DNA from: Theionarchaea archaeon
Lineage (GTDB): Archaea > Methanobacteriota_B > Thermococci > Methanofastidiosales > SZ-28-30
DNA length: 55,595 nucleotides
Direction of reading: 5' to 3'
NCBI GenBank assembly: GCA_018992565.1
Contig: JACVGW010000010.1
Coordinates: 1-55,595 of the forward strand
In this document: positions 30,890 through 41,017 of the stretch, in pieces
Layout: each line of letters starts with the position of its first letter
How positions within the stretch are numbered: position 1 is the stretch's first letter
The notes under the pieces: model-generated
Told to the model about the DNA's origin: nothing
The model's database searches: none
What the model saw: the letters and a program-made list of their open reading frames with translations, nothing else
Translations under genes and position numbers: made by a program

Positions 30890-32755
30890 TCACAATTCGT
30901 CAAGGCACTTTTCAGCCTTTTCCATGGCAGCTGTTGCCTGCAGTGCCCAGTAGTTGGCTGCAATGTAATTTCCTCTTTGGTAGTTCTCTTCAGCGAGCCT
31001 GAGATACTCTTCTACCTCCTGGAGCAACTCTTCACATGGAGTAGTGTCTTTTCCTTCACTCTCCAATGAAGCAAACTGCTGATTGAGCGACTCCAGTATG
31101 GTTCGTACTTCCTGTATTCGATTGTTAGCCAGAGACTGGATCTGTTCGTTGTTGTCTGTGGGGTTATTAATCACCTGAGCGGGAGCAGGAATCGTGACCT
31201 TGTTGGATAGTGCCAGAGGAGAAAACACTGTTTCGGAGGTTGCGCTATCTGTTCCATGAGCATTGCCCGAAAATATTATTGTGCCTCCCGAATTCCCTGA
31301 AAAAACCTGGTATTCCCAGACGAAAACGACAGGTTGACCACTGACCAGATCAGCTTTCACTGGAGTCGGACCTGAACTCAGTACTGCTGAGGCAGCCCCT
31401 ATAGTTATCATTGTCAAAGGGGAAGGAGCGACAGCAGTTATGGTTGCACCTGAGAGGTTGGTCACTTCCATTTTGACCGTCACTGTATCGCCTGAAAAGA
31501 CGAGGTCTGGCTCCGCAACCAGAGTTGCACTGAGTGGATAGGTCGTGCTGTAATACTGCTTCAGGAACTCGTCCCAGAACGTCCTTTCAGCCAGTGCAGT
31601 GGAGGTTTCGTAGATTGATTGGTAACCCGTTGAAGTGGAAGGAAAGTAAATGGACATCCCGTGAGCATTGCGGTTCCCGTATCCGTGACTCTCTGCAACA
31701 ACTGCATTGGTTATGGCTTTCATTACCTGACCTGCATCGCGCTGGAGAGCAGGGTGAGGTACAGAACCAGCTACTAATTGAGCGAAATGGTACAAATCAA
31801 CGTAGTCTAAATCCGAAAAGGTTTCTGTATGAGTCCTGGCTGTCTGGATTACAGGTTCGTATCCTTTTGCTCCAGCCAGGTGTTGGGCAAATGTATCCAG
31901 AGCTTCTACAACTGTACTGGTGGGGTTGAGATGTGCTGCAGACTGGGTTTCAGGTCCCAGTCTTCCGTAGAAATCAATGTACGTCTTCACGATGCTGTTG
32001 CAGACAGCTCCCAGCGAAGCCTCCGGGTTGTTGACCAGAAAGTCCAGGAATTCAATGTAGTCCCAGCCATCTCCCGGTTCATATTCTTCTGAACCCACAG
32101 CATAGTGAGCGAAGGGCAAAATCTCATGATCTACTTCCACCATAGCCATGAAGCATGCGTCGAACCCCACAATGTCAAGGGGGCAGTCTCCATTGCAGGT
32201 GATGCTGTTCAGAGCTGTTCTCACTTCCGATAGTGAGAGTTCGTCGTTATCTGTGTCATCCACGCACACTGCTCTAACGGGAGCAGGGATTCCCTTCCAT
32301 CCCGATCCATGATCCCACAGTATCAGGAGGTAGTGATCTGCCGTGTAGGTGGCCTGTGCCCACTGTACGAAGGTAACCAAGGTACTGGGGTCTCCCATGT
32401 TAACCTCTCCCAGGTCACCAACCATGTCAGAAGTAATGAGGTTGTCATATCCGTTGGCATCGTGGGTGACGTGATATCTCTTGGCAGTATCCCAGTCTCC
32501 ATTGGAGTTGTCATACGCATCATGTCGATCAATCTGAACTACAATATTGACCTTGGATGTGGAACCCACAGCTTCCATCTCATTGAGATCATCAATAGCA
32601 GAAGGTTCCAGGTTGTTGTCTCCGTCCATGTATACCATCACTGTCCAGGATGTTGTGGCGTGAAGGGGACAAGGAGCTACAGAAATCAGAATGCAGACCA
32701 GAAGAGGAACAACTATTATCAGGGTTCTGTTGTACATCTTTTTCCTCCTATTCAT
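30890..32755 (-). CDS. Secreted clostripain-family (C11) cysteine peptidase with Ig-like and helical C-terminal domains
   Basis: WT.MVYMDGDNNLE, NMGDP.TL, LWDHG.G (catalytic His), FDAC.M (catalytic Cys) and SEE.EP..GW. ATG 32737 is an alternative start. Confidence 0.92.
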   Translation of the reverse strand: MNRRKKMYNRTLIIVVPLLVCILISVAPCPLHATTSWTVMVYMDGDNNLEPSAIDDLNEMEAVGSTSKVNIVVQIDRHDAYDNSNGDWDTAKRYHVTHDANGYDNLITSDMVGDLGEVNMGDPSTLVTFVQWAQATYTADHYLLILWDHGSGWKGIPAPVRAVCVDDTDNDELSLSEVRTALNSITCNGDCPLDIVGFDACFMAMVEVDHEILPFAHYAVGSEEYEPGDGWDYIEFLDFLVNNPEASLGAVCNSIVKTYIDFYGRLGPETQSAAHLNPTSTVVEALDTFAQHLAGAKGYEPVIQTARTHTETFSDLDYVDLYHFAQLVAGSVPHPALQRDAGQVMKAITNAVVAESHGYGNRNAHGMSIYFPSTSTGYQSIYETSTALAERTFWDEFLKQYYSTTYPLSATLVAEPDLVFSGDTVTVKMEVTNLSGATITAVAPSPLTMITIGAASAVLSSGPTPVKADLVSGQPVVFVWEYQVFSGNSGGTIIFSGNAHGTDSATSETVFSPLALSNKVTIPAPAQVINNPTDNNEQIQSLANNRIQEVRTILESLNQQFASLESEGKDTTPCEELLQEVEEYLRLAEENYQRGNYIAANYWALQATAAMEKAEKCLDEL

Positions 32756-32782
32756 CTTATTCTTCTAATAAGGAGTAGTATC

Positions 32783-32799
32783 TTTATAAAGTTTTCGGT
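32783..32799 (-). promoter_or_regulatory. BRE-TATA promoter of the clostripain gene
   Basis: Minus strand reads ACCGAAAACTTTATAAA. Confidence 0.6.
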
Positions 32800-32931
32800 A
32801 ATAAGTGAGAATTACATGTGATTTTCAACGATACTTCAAGATTTGCAAGTTCAGACTATGGTAAAAGTTCTCACATAGCTGCAAGATGAGTATTGGTAGA
32901 AGTCCACGGACTCTTGGGGTGACCCGAGAAA

Positions 32932-33336
32932 TCAGGGACGGCGAGAAAGAGTAATGCGCATTTCTTCGTGAGGATCCTTCATTTTGTTGATAAGATCTCT
33001 CCTCAAGTCTATGGCAGCTTTTGAAGCATGAATCATGAGAGTTCTGGGGCACAGAAATGAACTTTTCCTCATGATGATGGCTTTATTGTCGGTGAACTGC
33101 AATGAGGGATGGACAAAGCCAGTAACTCTCTCTACTATATCGTCTGCTCTGATCTCGAGAGCGAGATGGGAGCCTCTCAGGGAACATAGCTCATCTTTCA
33201 AATCAGATAGCGCATGAGAAGCGCGAACTCCTATAATGCAATCACCTTTCCGGGTCAGCCAGTCCTCTGTGGTCACTTCAATAGTGGTGCGGTGGGTAGC
33301 CAGCACATTGGGATGGCCGTACGCTGTGATGTCCAT
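32932..33336 (-). CDS. DUF371 family protein
   Basis: GHPNV.ATH.TT.E.T, GDCIIGV, RKS.F...RT and A.KAA.DL. Confidence 0.9.
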   Translation of the reverse strand: MDITAYGHPNVLATHRTTIEVTTEDWLTRKGDCIIGVRASHALSDLKDELCSLRGSHLALEIRADDIVERVTGFVHPSLQFTDNKAIIMRKSSFLCPRTLMIHASKAAIDLRRDLINKMKDPHEEMRITLSRRP

Positions 33337-33386
33337 GAGCCGTGTTGGAACAAAGGCTTAAATCTGTTGCTCTTCTACCGAGGATA

Positions 33387-34181
33387 ATGATACGGAAAGC
33401 TGTCAAAGCTGATGAGGAGGACCTGAGACGATTGTGTACTGCCGTAAATGAGGAAGATTACGTTCTGGATCTGCTGTCTCTGTGGGTTGAAGAGGGTTCT
33501 CTCTGTGTATATGAGAGTGAAGGCACCACTGTGGGAATGATACGGTGTACCTCCTCAAGAGACAATCAGGGGCATCTCGGTGCAGTGAGAGTCCACCCTC
33601 AGTACAGGAGGCAGGGCATTGCAACTGAATTGACTGAGTACTGCATTTCCCAGTGTCAGACTCCCCTGGTGAGGCTGGCTGTTGTGGACAATGAAGCCAG
33701 CGAGAACCTGGTGAGAAAGATGGGATTCATCCATGTTGGAACATTCACACCGCTGACCTGCACGCTTCTGGATGTGTCCCCCGTACCGTACAGAGCAATC
33801 ACAGGGAAAGAAGCCCTCTCTGTGCTGGGAAAGTCCAGGATGTTCAAAGAGCATGCTTCAGTGATTTCAACCAGTTTCATGTTTTATACTCCAACAGAGG
33901 AGCTCTTGAACCTCCTCTTTGCTGCCACAAGCAAGGATCAAGAGCGGCTCATACTGGTTGATTTTGCAGTTGAAGAGGCACTGGGAGTTGCTTCACAGAT
34001 TGCCTACTGTGATTGTGATGCTCAACTCGTTCGCGCAGCCCTTTGTGAGTCAAAAAAGAGGGGCATGAAAGAGGTATGGGCAATCATACCAAAAGAAGAC
34101 GCGCTGGTAGCCCTGCTGAAAACGCTTGGGTTCCAGGGACGCGGGAAGACTATCAAGGTGTTTGAGCGACATACAGAGTGA
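33387..34181 (+). CDS. GNAT-family N-acetyltransferase
   Basis: RVHPQYRRQGIA motif A and N.AS..L..KMGF. ATG 33387 follows GAGGA. Confidence 0.85.
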   Translation: MIRKAVKADEEDLRRLCTAVNEEDYVLDLLSLWVEEGSLCVYESEGTTVGMIRCTSSRDNQGHLGAVRVHPQYRRQGIATELTEYCISQCQTPLVRLAVVDNEASENLVRKMGFIHVGTFTPLTCTLLDVSPVPYRAITGKEALSVLGKSRMFKEHASVISTSFMFYTPTEELLNLLFAATSKDQERLILVDFAVEEALGVASQIAYCDCDAQLVRAALCESKKRGMKEVWAIIPKEDALVALLKTLGFQGRGKTIKVFERHTE

Positions 34182-34285
34182 ATCTCTCCGAGTGAGATGA
34201 GCGAGTTCTTTCTTCTGTGTTCTCTTGGATCACTCTCATAGAAACCTATATATAGGAAAGACTGAACACAGTACGAGGTGTTTGC

Positions 34286-34588
34286 ATGCCGGAGAAGAAA
34301 ACGAAGCAAGAAGTGAAAGACGAAGACGTCGTGTACATCGGTAGAAAACCGGTGATGAGCTACGTGCTCGCTGCCGTAACTCAGTTCAATATTGGAAATT
34401 CAAACAAGGTGGTGCTCAAGGCCAGAGGGAGGGCTATCTCCAAGGCTGTTGACGTGTCTGAAATCGTCAGGAACAAGTTCATTCAGGAGCTCAAGGTCGA
34501 CGACATTAAGATTGGAACAGAGGAAGTCAAGCGCGAAGATGGTTCTGTATCGAACGTGTCCTCTATTGAAATCTACATGTCAAAGTAG
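34286..34588 (+). CDS. albA: DNA/RNA-binding protein Alba
   Basis: [23 protein letters not shown] and VSSIEI. Confidence 0.96.
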   Translation: MPEKKTKQEVKDEDVVYIGRKPVMSYVLAAVTQFNIGNSNKVVLKARGRAISKAVDVSEIVRNKFIQELKVDDIKIGTEEVKREDGSVSNVSSIEIYMSK

Positions 34589-34602
34589 TCCACCTCATCA
34601 CA

Positions 34603-34630
34603 TTTCCTTTTTAATTCTTTCCTTTTCTTG
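34603..34630 (+). terminator. Pyrimidine/T-rich archaeal terminator
   Basis: TTTCCTTTTTAATTCTTTCCTTTTCTT after the albA stop. Confidence 0.55.
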
Positions 34631-34927
34631 GAGCCGGTGGCATGCAATTCTGAACAGCTAGCCTGATCTCAGCAGCACGTGAGTTGTCCGGAAAGGTGTT
34701 TTATTCTGTCTCATGAGAACTATGATTGCTCCACAGTGATCACGCTGATGCGATATGAGAAAGAGCCCATCGCCGTATCCAGTACGTGATATAGCGACAC
34801 CTCCGACAATTCTTCTTCAGAAAGGGGATAGGATTCTTATCTCCACCATTTATCATTCCTCAAATGGCAACAGAGAGATGGGGAGATAGACAGTAAACCT
34901 TTTTATTTCTCACATGAAACCACAACT

Positions 34928-35881
34928 ATGATGCGAGGAAAGCTGGAGCCAGAAAGGCTCAAGAATTTTGTTCTGCCTCACTTGGGTGCACTGAATCCAA
35001 AAGTATGTGTTCCTCCTCGACTGGGTGAGGATGCTGCAGTCATAGACCTGGGTTGCACGTACCTTGTACTCGCTTCAGATCCCATCACAGGAGCCATAGA
35101 CAATATCGGCATGTACTGCGTCAATGTCAATGCCAATGATGTAGCCTGTATGGGGGCCACCCCTCAGTTTTTCCTGTCTGTGATATTACTCCCCGAGGCA
35201 TATACTGATGACCAACTGGAGAGAATAGCTTCAGATATTTCAGCCGAGGCCAAGTCCCTCAATGTGGCTATCGTGGGGGGGCACACAGAAGTCTTTCCTT
35301 TCAGTGAACCCATCGTAGTGGGAACAATGGCAGGAACAGCAGACACTGTGGTGACCTCTGCTGGTGCTCATTTGGGCGATACTATTCTCCTGACAAAGGG
35401 GGCAGCCATCGAGGGAACCAGCATCCTGGCCACAGATTTCTATGATGTGCTCAAAGAAAAGGTGGATGCGTCTCTTCTAAAGCGGGCACAGAAATACCTC
35501 ACTCATATTTCAATAGTGAAGGAAGCCCTGCTTTCAAGGACATATGCGACTGCCATGCACGATCCCACAGAAGGAGGAATAGCTGGGGCTTTGCATGAAC
35601 TGGCTGATGCTTCCCACGTTGGGTTCTCTGTAGACGTGGACAAAATTCCAGTATCTCAGGAGACCCGGGCCATCTGTTCTGCGCTTTCTGTAGACCCACT
35701 GAGGCTCATCAGTTCAGGTTCGTTGCTTATTACAGCTCCCCCTGATGCCACTCCTTTGCTGCTGGACTCACTGAGCGAAGAAGGGATAGCAGTGGCAGTA
35801 ATTGGTGAAATCACAGAGGACAGAAATCTTGAACCAGTGAAACAGGACGAACTGTGGCGGATACTTGAGGAGTCTGTATGA
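34928..35881 (+). CDS. AIR synthase-related / HypE-like protein
   Basis: GED.AV, SDPIT, NANDVA.MGA.P, GGHTE and MHDPTEGG. Confidence 0.88.
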   Translation: MMRGKLEPERLKNFVLPHLGALNPKVCVPPRLGEDAAVIDLGCTYLVLASDPITGAIDNIGMYCVNVNANDVACMGATPQFFLSVILLPEAYTDDQLERIASDISAEAKSLNVAIVGGHTEVFPFSEPIVVGTMAGTADTVVTSAGAHLGDTILLTKGAAIEGTSILATDFYDVLKEKVDASLLKRAQKYLTHISIVKEALLSRTYATAMHDPTEGGIAGALHELADASHVGFSVDVDKIPVSQETRAICSALSVDPLRLISSGSLLITAPPDATPLLLDSLSEEGIAVAVIGEITEDRNLEPVKQDELWRILEESV

Positions 35882-35890
35882 AATCCATGA

Positions 35891-36118
35891 TCATATAGCA
35901 ATCATCGTTGAAGTCATCTGAACAGATGCGATGGTTCTCACATTTTCTGTTATGAAGGTGTCCAATTTCTTGAGTTCGTCTACAGCAATTTTCGCTATGA
36001 CATCATATTCCCCGTACACCACGTACGCTTCTTCTACATACGGCATGCTCTTCATCTTCTGTACTACCTCTCTCTCTTTTCCTGCGTCAGTCACACACAG
36101 GACAAATGCTGTAACCAT
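35891..36118 (-). CDS. Stand-alone Lrp/AsnC ligand-binding (RAM) domain protein
   Basis: AFVL, V.EAY.VYGEYD.I and T.TMI; no HTH. Confidence 0.9.
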   Translation of the reverse strand: MVTAFVLCVTDAGKEREVVQKMKSMPYVEEAYVVYGEYDVIAKIAVDELKKLDTFITENVRTIASVQMTSTMIAI

Positions 36119-36285
36119 GTTCTCACCTAATTTGAGGGTTTTCCTCTGCTTATAAACCTTTTGATTTCCAGTTCCAGAGTTCTACCAGATAGAATCCTCC
36201 CATTCAAGAAAGGGGTACGTCCTGGAAAGCTGCAGCACGTATAACCAGGCAGTGTATGTTGAATCGACGGAACCCTCGGTTCCCT

Positions 36286-37230
36286 CTACAGCGGCTGCTC
36301 CCTTCTATTCTGGTAAATAGGAAGCACATATTTTATGTCTTCTGCTATTCCGTTGTCCTGCATCCAGTGAAGAGTGCCGAAGAATTCCTTGAAAGAAGAA
36401 CTGCGGAGAATGTTAACCCAGGCAGCGAGATGATCCTCCACCTTGAAGGTCAATCCAGTGCAGGGGAGTTGCAGGAAGAAATCTGACAGCCCTTTCTCAT
36501 AATCAGTTTTCAGGAGAAGATAGAAATCTGCATACATGGAAGCCCCTTCAGGGTAGTAAGGAACTGTGACAATGCAATTCTCTTTTACCCGATTGTAGCT
36601 CTGGTAGAAGAGCCACTTTGATATTTTGTGCTTCTTCACGATCTCGGTAAACGTCCTCCTCATGTTATACTTCAGATCGTAGTACAATCGCCATTCCAGA
36701 TCAGTCCAGATAATCTCTCTGGGGAGTAGGTCTATAGGGAGACATCCTGGTTCCAGTTCTTCTTCATGGAGGGTTTTCTTGAATTCATCAAGCACATCAC
36801 GGTAGGTGGTTCGGGTTACATGGGTGAAGGAGTAGTTACCTCGAAACCCTTCCAGGACTGTTCCTCTAAAATTGGGGTGGGACTCAAAGTCCATGGGTGA
36901 CTCTGTAAATACGATGAGATCAAAAGCACCTGAAGTCAGACACTGAAAAATCACCTCCGGATTTCCTTCGAGTTCCTGAAACACTCTCATGGGTTTCTCA
37001 AACTTCATGAAGTATACATATTCTTTCAGATCCTGAAACATCTTGAGTCGCAGTCCGGGAGGAAAGAGTATTTCATGGTCAACCATGTACGTATAATGAG
37101 AAGTCACGGTATTCCTGGCCAGCCCCAGTCTCCGTGATATGCTGGTGAGAGAGACCCTTTCATCCTGAACGAGTTGCTCATAAATGCTGTGACGAATGTC
37201 TGCCTTCTGTGGTTCAGTCAATCTGCTCAC
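36286..37230 (-). CDS. Long winged-helix (Lrp/AsnC-like) transcriptional regulator
   Basis: ISRRLGLARNTV HTH, G.FDL RAM-like segment and a second HTH-like R..FTEI.KK; paralog of 17222..18095. Confidence 0.75.
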   Translation of the reverse strand: MSRLTEPQKADIRHSIYEQLVQDERVSLTSISRRLGLARNTVTSHYTYMVDHEILFPPGLRLKMFQDLKEYVYFMKFEKPMRVFQELEGNPEVIFQCLTSGAFDLIVFTESPMDFESHPNFRGTVLEGFRGNYSFTHVTRTTYRDVLDEFKKTLHEEELEPGCLPIDLLPREIIWTDLEWRLYYDLKYNMRRTFTEIVKKHKISKWLFYQSYNRVKENCIVTVPYYPEGASMYADFYLLLKTDYEKGLSDFFLQLPCTGLTFKVEDHLAAWVNILRSSSFKEFFGTLHWMQDNGIAEDIKYVLPIYQNRREQPL

Positions 37231-37327
37231 TTTATCTACCCATGTTTTTTTATACAGAAAGTCTTTATAAAGATTTGTACCGTTCAGCTCGATAGCTAAA
37301 CTGGCACAATGTACTATCGCCCCCCTC

Positions 37328-37352
37328 GAGATCGGTCCCTTGGGCCGATCTC
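37328..37352 (-). terminator. Hairpin at the 3' end of the asnB-like gene
   Basis: GAGATCGGTCC-CTT-GGGCCGATCTC, an 11-bp imperfect inverted repeat overlapping the stop codon. Confidence 0.45.
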
Positions 37353-38526
37353 ACATCCGCTTCTGGCAGTGATTACCTGACAGAGCATTGAGGAGCGAGG
37401 TGTGATTTTTTACAATGTGGTGGATGCCGCTTCCATACTGCAGTGCCTTCTTGGGTCTGGAAACAAGTGTTCCGGGAATGCCAGCCATTGTTGCCATCTT
37501 CCTGAGGAATTCTTTTCTCCGAGGGACAAAATGAAGATATGCGGGAATTCCCAATACAGCTTCTATGAGATGTAGATTCAGGTACGGATACCGTATTGTC
37601 TTTGAAAAATGCTCAGCAACCTCATGATCCCTCTCCAATCCCAGATGGATGTTTTCAAGATCTCTCTTCATCATGGAGTTCACATGAATCCCCTCCCTGT
37701 ATGCTCTCTCGTACTTGAAGTATCCACCGAAGAGCTCGTCTGCTCCCTGGCCAGATATGAGGAGTGTTCCTTTGTATTCCTGGCAGATAAAAAAGAGGAG
37801 CAGCCCGATTTCAACGTTCAGGAGCGTTATCTCAGGAAGCAAAGCGCACACATGAGGAATTGCCCTGACGATGTCTTGTGGGGACACCACTATTTCCAGC
37901 AGTTCTCTTTCAAGGATGGATGCTGCCTCCCTGGCATTTGCAATATCCTGAGAGGACTGCAGGCCGCAGCTGATCAACAGGCTATCAGTGAGAAATGCCA
38001 GTACTGTACTGTCGATTCCACCTGAAAACATGAGGGCTGATCCTCTCTCAACCTGTTTTCCTGTAGTCTTCCGCAGCATGTCCAGGACTTCTGCAGGGTC
38101 ATCAGTGGATGTCTCCTCCAGTACATGGCGGTAACGAATTGAATTCGGCAGCTGGACTACTTCACCGGGAAGCACAGGCTGGCCACATATTACGTTCTGG
38201 GAGGCGAAATTCAATCCACAGTAATACAGTGGCTTTAATCCAACAGGATCCCTCAAGAGATAGGTGACCCCATCTTTTCTTGCAGCGCAGGCGTATCCAC
38301 CTTCAACAGTATCAAATATGATCTTTGCTCCATCAATAGGATCTTTTCCTTGATCAAAAAGAGCATTCAAGTACTGAGCAGGATTAGGAATCCCGTAAAG
38401 GTCTGCATCGCACACCATATTCTCACTGGTTCCTTCAGGGTGAGAACATGCCATGGTCCCCTGTTGCAGGGTCATTCCCATGGACGCTGCTAGCTCTCCC
38501 ACCCTGGTTCCACCACATATTCTCAT
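37351..38526 (-). CDS. Asparagine synthase-related protein with degenerate glutaminase domain
   Basis: RDPVGLKPLYY, FSGGIDS, SGQGADELFGGY and KKALQYGSG; short N-terminal domain. Confidence 0.85.
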   Translation of the reverse strand: MRICGGTRVGELAASMGMTLQQGTMACSHPEGTSENMVCDADLYGIPNPAQYLNALFDQGKDPIDGAKIIFDTVEGGYACAARKDGVTYLLRDPVGLKPLYYCGLNFASQNVICGQPVLPGEVVQLPNSIRYRHVLEETSTDDPAEVLDMLRKTTGKQVERGSALMFSGGIDSTVLAFLTDSLLISCGLQSSQDIANAREAASILERELLEIVVSPQDIVRAIPHVCALLPEITLLNVEIGLLLFFICQEYKGTLLISGQGADELFGGYFKYERAYREGIHVNSMMKRDLENIHLGLERDHEVAEHFSKTIRYPYLNLHLIEAVLGIPAYLHFVPRRKEFLRKMATMAGIPGTLVSRPKKALQYGSGIHHIVKNHTSLLNALSGNHCQKRM

Positions 38527-38577
38527 GAAATGGATTCCGGACGAAACATTTTTAAGGTTTTGGCGAAAGGATGAGCA

Positions 38578-39348
38578 ATGAATGAGGATTTATACCTTCG
38601 CATTTATCGCAGATTAAATAAAAAAGGGGATGTATTTAACCTTTCCAGCAAATTTGAGATTCCCAAAGAAGTACTATTTGCAATCTTATCTCAGAAAATT
38701 GTAAGGAGAACAAAACGAGATTATCATGGACTGAAACGGCAGAGTTCGCGTCTGCTTGAGCAGTGGAAAAAGGGGAAGAGCTTGCTGCAACTTTCAGAGG
38801 AGAGGCACTTCCCTCCTGTCCTGCTCTCTTCTTTTGTCTTGAGGGAAGGTGGAGTCACAAGAAAGGAATTCTATGAATACCTCCGGAATCCGGAGAAGAT
38901 CAAAGACTCCAGAATACGAAAAGAGATTATGGAAGTCCTCGCTGAAGAGGTGGTGTACTCACCTGAAGCGATAGAGATTCAACATAAGAATGGTAAGTCT
39001 GCTGAAGGCAGAATCAGTCAGTGGCTGGATGAACAGGGTGTTTCATACATTACAGAAGGTGAGGTTCGGGACCTTTACAAGAAAACACCCGACTTCCTCT
39101 TGCAGGAATGTTTCACTGTCAATGGAAATGCAGTTCATTGGGTAGAAAGCAAGGCGTCCTTTGGAGACAATATTCAGATGAAAGGGGACTATCACCGACA
39201 GCTCAAATACTACGTCAACCTCTTTGGGAGAGGGCTGGTAATATACTGGCATGGCTATCTAAATGATACTGCATGTATACAGGACTTCAATTATGATTCT
39301 CAGATCTTGATTGCCAATTCTGGCATGATCGAGGGAGATAATGTTTGA
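38578..39348 (+). CDS. C15orf41/CDIN1 (TPD-domain) PD-(D/E)xK nuclease homolog
   Basis: KTPDFLL, WVESKASFGD and Q...Y...FG.G.VIYW.G. Confidence 0.88.
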   Translation: MNEDLYLRIYRRLNKKGDVFNLSSKFEIPKEVLFAILSQKIVRRTKRDYHGLKRQSSRLLEQWKKGKSLLQLSEERHFPPVLLSSFVLREGGVTRKEFYEYLRNPEKIKDSRIRKEIMEVLAEEVVYSPEAIEIQHKNGKSAEGRISQWLDEQGVSYITEGEVRDLYKKTPDFLLQECFTVNGNAVHWVESKASFGDNIQMKGDYHRQLKYYVNLFGRGLVIYWHGYLNDTACIQDFNYDSQILIANSGMIEGDNV

Positions 39349-39892
39349 GTTGAAGCGGAAACTCATACATGTCATTGGATTGTGTGTTCCTGTGATTTAC
39401 TGGCTGACATCCAGGGAGTTCACGTTGCTGTTTCTGGGAGTTGTTGCAGTGGGCGCCATGGTTATCGAAGCACTGCGCGCGACTTGGAAGGATTTCAATC
39501 AGTTCTTGCTCAAACTGATCGGCAGATTCGCAAGAGACCACGAAAAAACGCACATTACTGGAGCAACATGCTTTTCAGCAGCAGCTTTCCTCGTGGTGGC
39601 TTTGTTCTCAGAACCTGTGGCAGTTTCCAGTCTGCTGTTTCTGACTCTGGGCGATTCGGCAGCTGCACTTGTAGGGACTCGATATGGGGCGCATCGGATT
39701 TACGGAAAGTCTCTTGAAGGGAGTGGAGCATGTTTTGGTGTGTGCTCTGTGGTGGGATGGTATGCCTTGGGGTGGATAGGTGTGGCAGGAGCTGCAGCGG
39801 CCACTCTCGTTGAATTATTGCCCAGTCCTCTCGATGATAATCTGAGGATTCCTCTGGCATCCGGAGGTGTCATGCACCTGCTCCTGATTTAG
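39341..39892 (+). CDS. Dolichol/phytol kinase-like (SEC59/CTP-transferase family) membrane protein
   Basis: RKLIH, R..E, GD.AAALVG, KSLEGS and DDNL.IP. Confidence 0.9.
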   Translation: MFELKRKLIHVIGLCVPVIYWLTSREFTLLFLGVVAVGAMVIEALRATWKDFNQFLLKLIGRFARDHEKTHITGATCFSAAAFLVVALFSEPVAVSSLLFLTLGDSAAALVGTRYGAHRIYGKSLEGSGACFGVCSVVGWYALGWIGVAGAAAATLVELLPSPLDDNLRIPLASGGVMHLLLI

Positions 39893-39990
39893 TCATATGC
39901 AGGTGGTGATAATAGTGCCTTAGTCCGGAAAGCTGTTATCTTAATAGGAGCTTCGAAACCTTTAAAAGGCTTCACTCTTCTCACACCACA

Positions 39991-40932
39991 ATGAAGCTCC
40001 CACTAGTACTATGCATTTTGATGCTAGCTGCAGTGACTGCGTATCGGGATCCGAATATGACTGTCCCTGACCAGGTTGAAATCAGAAGCGGGGAAACGGG
40101 ACAAATAACGGTTACACTGGTGCATACACAGACTACCATGTGGAATATCAAGGTCTATGTAGACACTGCACAGATTGATTCCACCTTCTTGCAGCGATTG
40201 GACATATCTGCAGATGAACAAAACCCCATTGATCTGGGCGAAGAAATCTCCTTCGGAACGGAAGTCACTGCAACCATAGACATTACCGTGGAGGCCAACT
40301 CCCCTGCCGGAGAAGTGAGAATTCCCATTATTGCAGCAGGCAAGAAGGGCCCATGCCTCAAGGGATGTGAACCGTTTCTCATGCAAAAGTCTACCACTCT
40401 GGTCATCAAGAGGCAGGATCCCAAACTTGCGCTGTTCTTGCCAGAATCGGAGTTTGAAGTACTCCAGGGGGAAAATGTCACCCTCACGGTACAATTGAGA
40501 AATTACGGTGCATCCACTGCATTCGTAGAGGAGCTGAACGCTGCCCCTGACAGCCGGCTGACCTACAAGATGCAAGATCCACCTCGTCAGGTAGAGGCAG
40601 GTATCACCCAATCTACTGTCATGACTGTGTTCACTGAGAATGCCACACCGGGAAAATATCTGGTCCAGGTAAAGCTGGTTTACCGGGATGAAATCCAGAA
40701 CAAGTTCACAGACAGCAAGACCATATATATTACAGTGGTAGAACAGAAAACAGAGCCACCATCAACTACACCACCTTCCAGCTCAACTCCGACAGAAACC
40801 CCCTCCGTGGTGGAACCTGGAACTCCCACAGAATACCAGTATTTTCTGGCCGGAATGTTTACAGGAGGAGGCAGTTTTGGCGTGGCGGTCATGCTGGGCT
40901 TATTCTTGAAGAAACGGCGCCCTCCAAAATAA
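39991..40932 (+). CDS. Exported Ig-like surface protein with Thr/Pro linker and C-terminal TM anchor
   Basis: Signal peptide, two beta-sandwich-like domains, PPSTTPPSSSTPTETP linker, TM and KKRR tail. Confidence 0.75.
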   Translation: MKLPLVLCILMLAAVTAYRDPNMTVPDQVEIRSGETGQITVTLVHTQTTMWNIKVYVDTAQIDSTFLQRLDISADEQNPIDLGEEISFGTEVTATIDITVEANSPAGEVRIPIIAAGKKGPCLKGCEPFLMQKSTTLVIKRQDPKLALFLPESEFEVLQGENVTLTVQLRNYGASTAFVEELNAAPDSRLTYKMQDPPRQVEAGITQSTVMTVFTENATPGKYLVQVKLVYRDEIQNKFTDSKTIYITVVEQKTEPPSTTPPSSSTPTETPSVVEPGTPTEYQYFLAGMFTGGGSFGVAVMLGLFLKKRRPPK

Positions 40933-41017
40933 ACGGGAGGGTTTCCACTGATTTCAAAGTGGAATCGGACTGCTCGCGGCTGCATAGGTTTATATTGTAA
41001 GAATTCTTCTCAATACC

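Noticed and set aside
34660..34900. Possible small gene or ncRNA between albA and the HypE-like gene
   Set aside because: Only short broken frames and no convincing structure or motif.
35891..37230. Split or frameshifted single Lrp gene
   Set aside because: The RAM-only gene has its own TATA box and RBS, and the upstream regulator matches its paralog in length.
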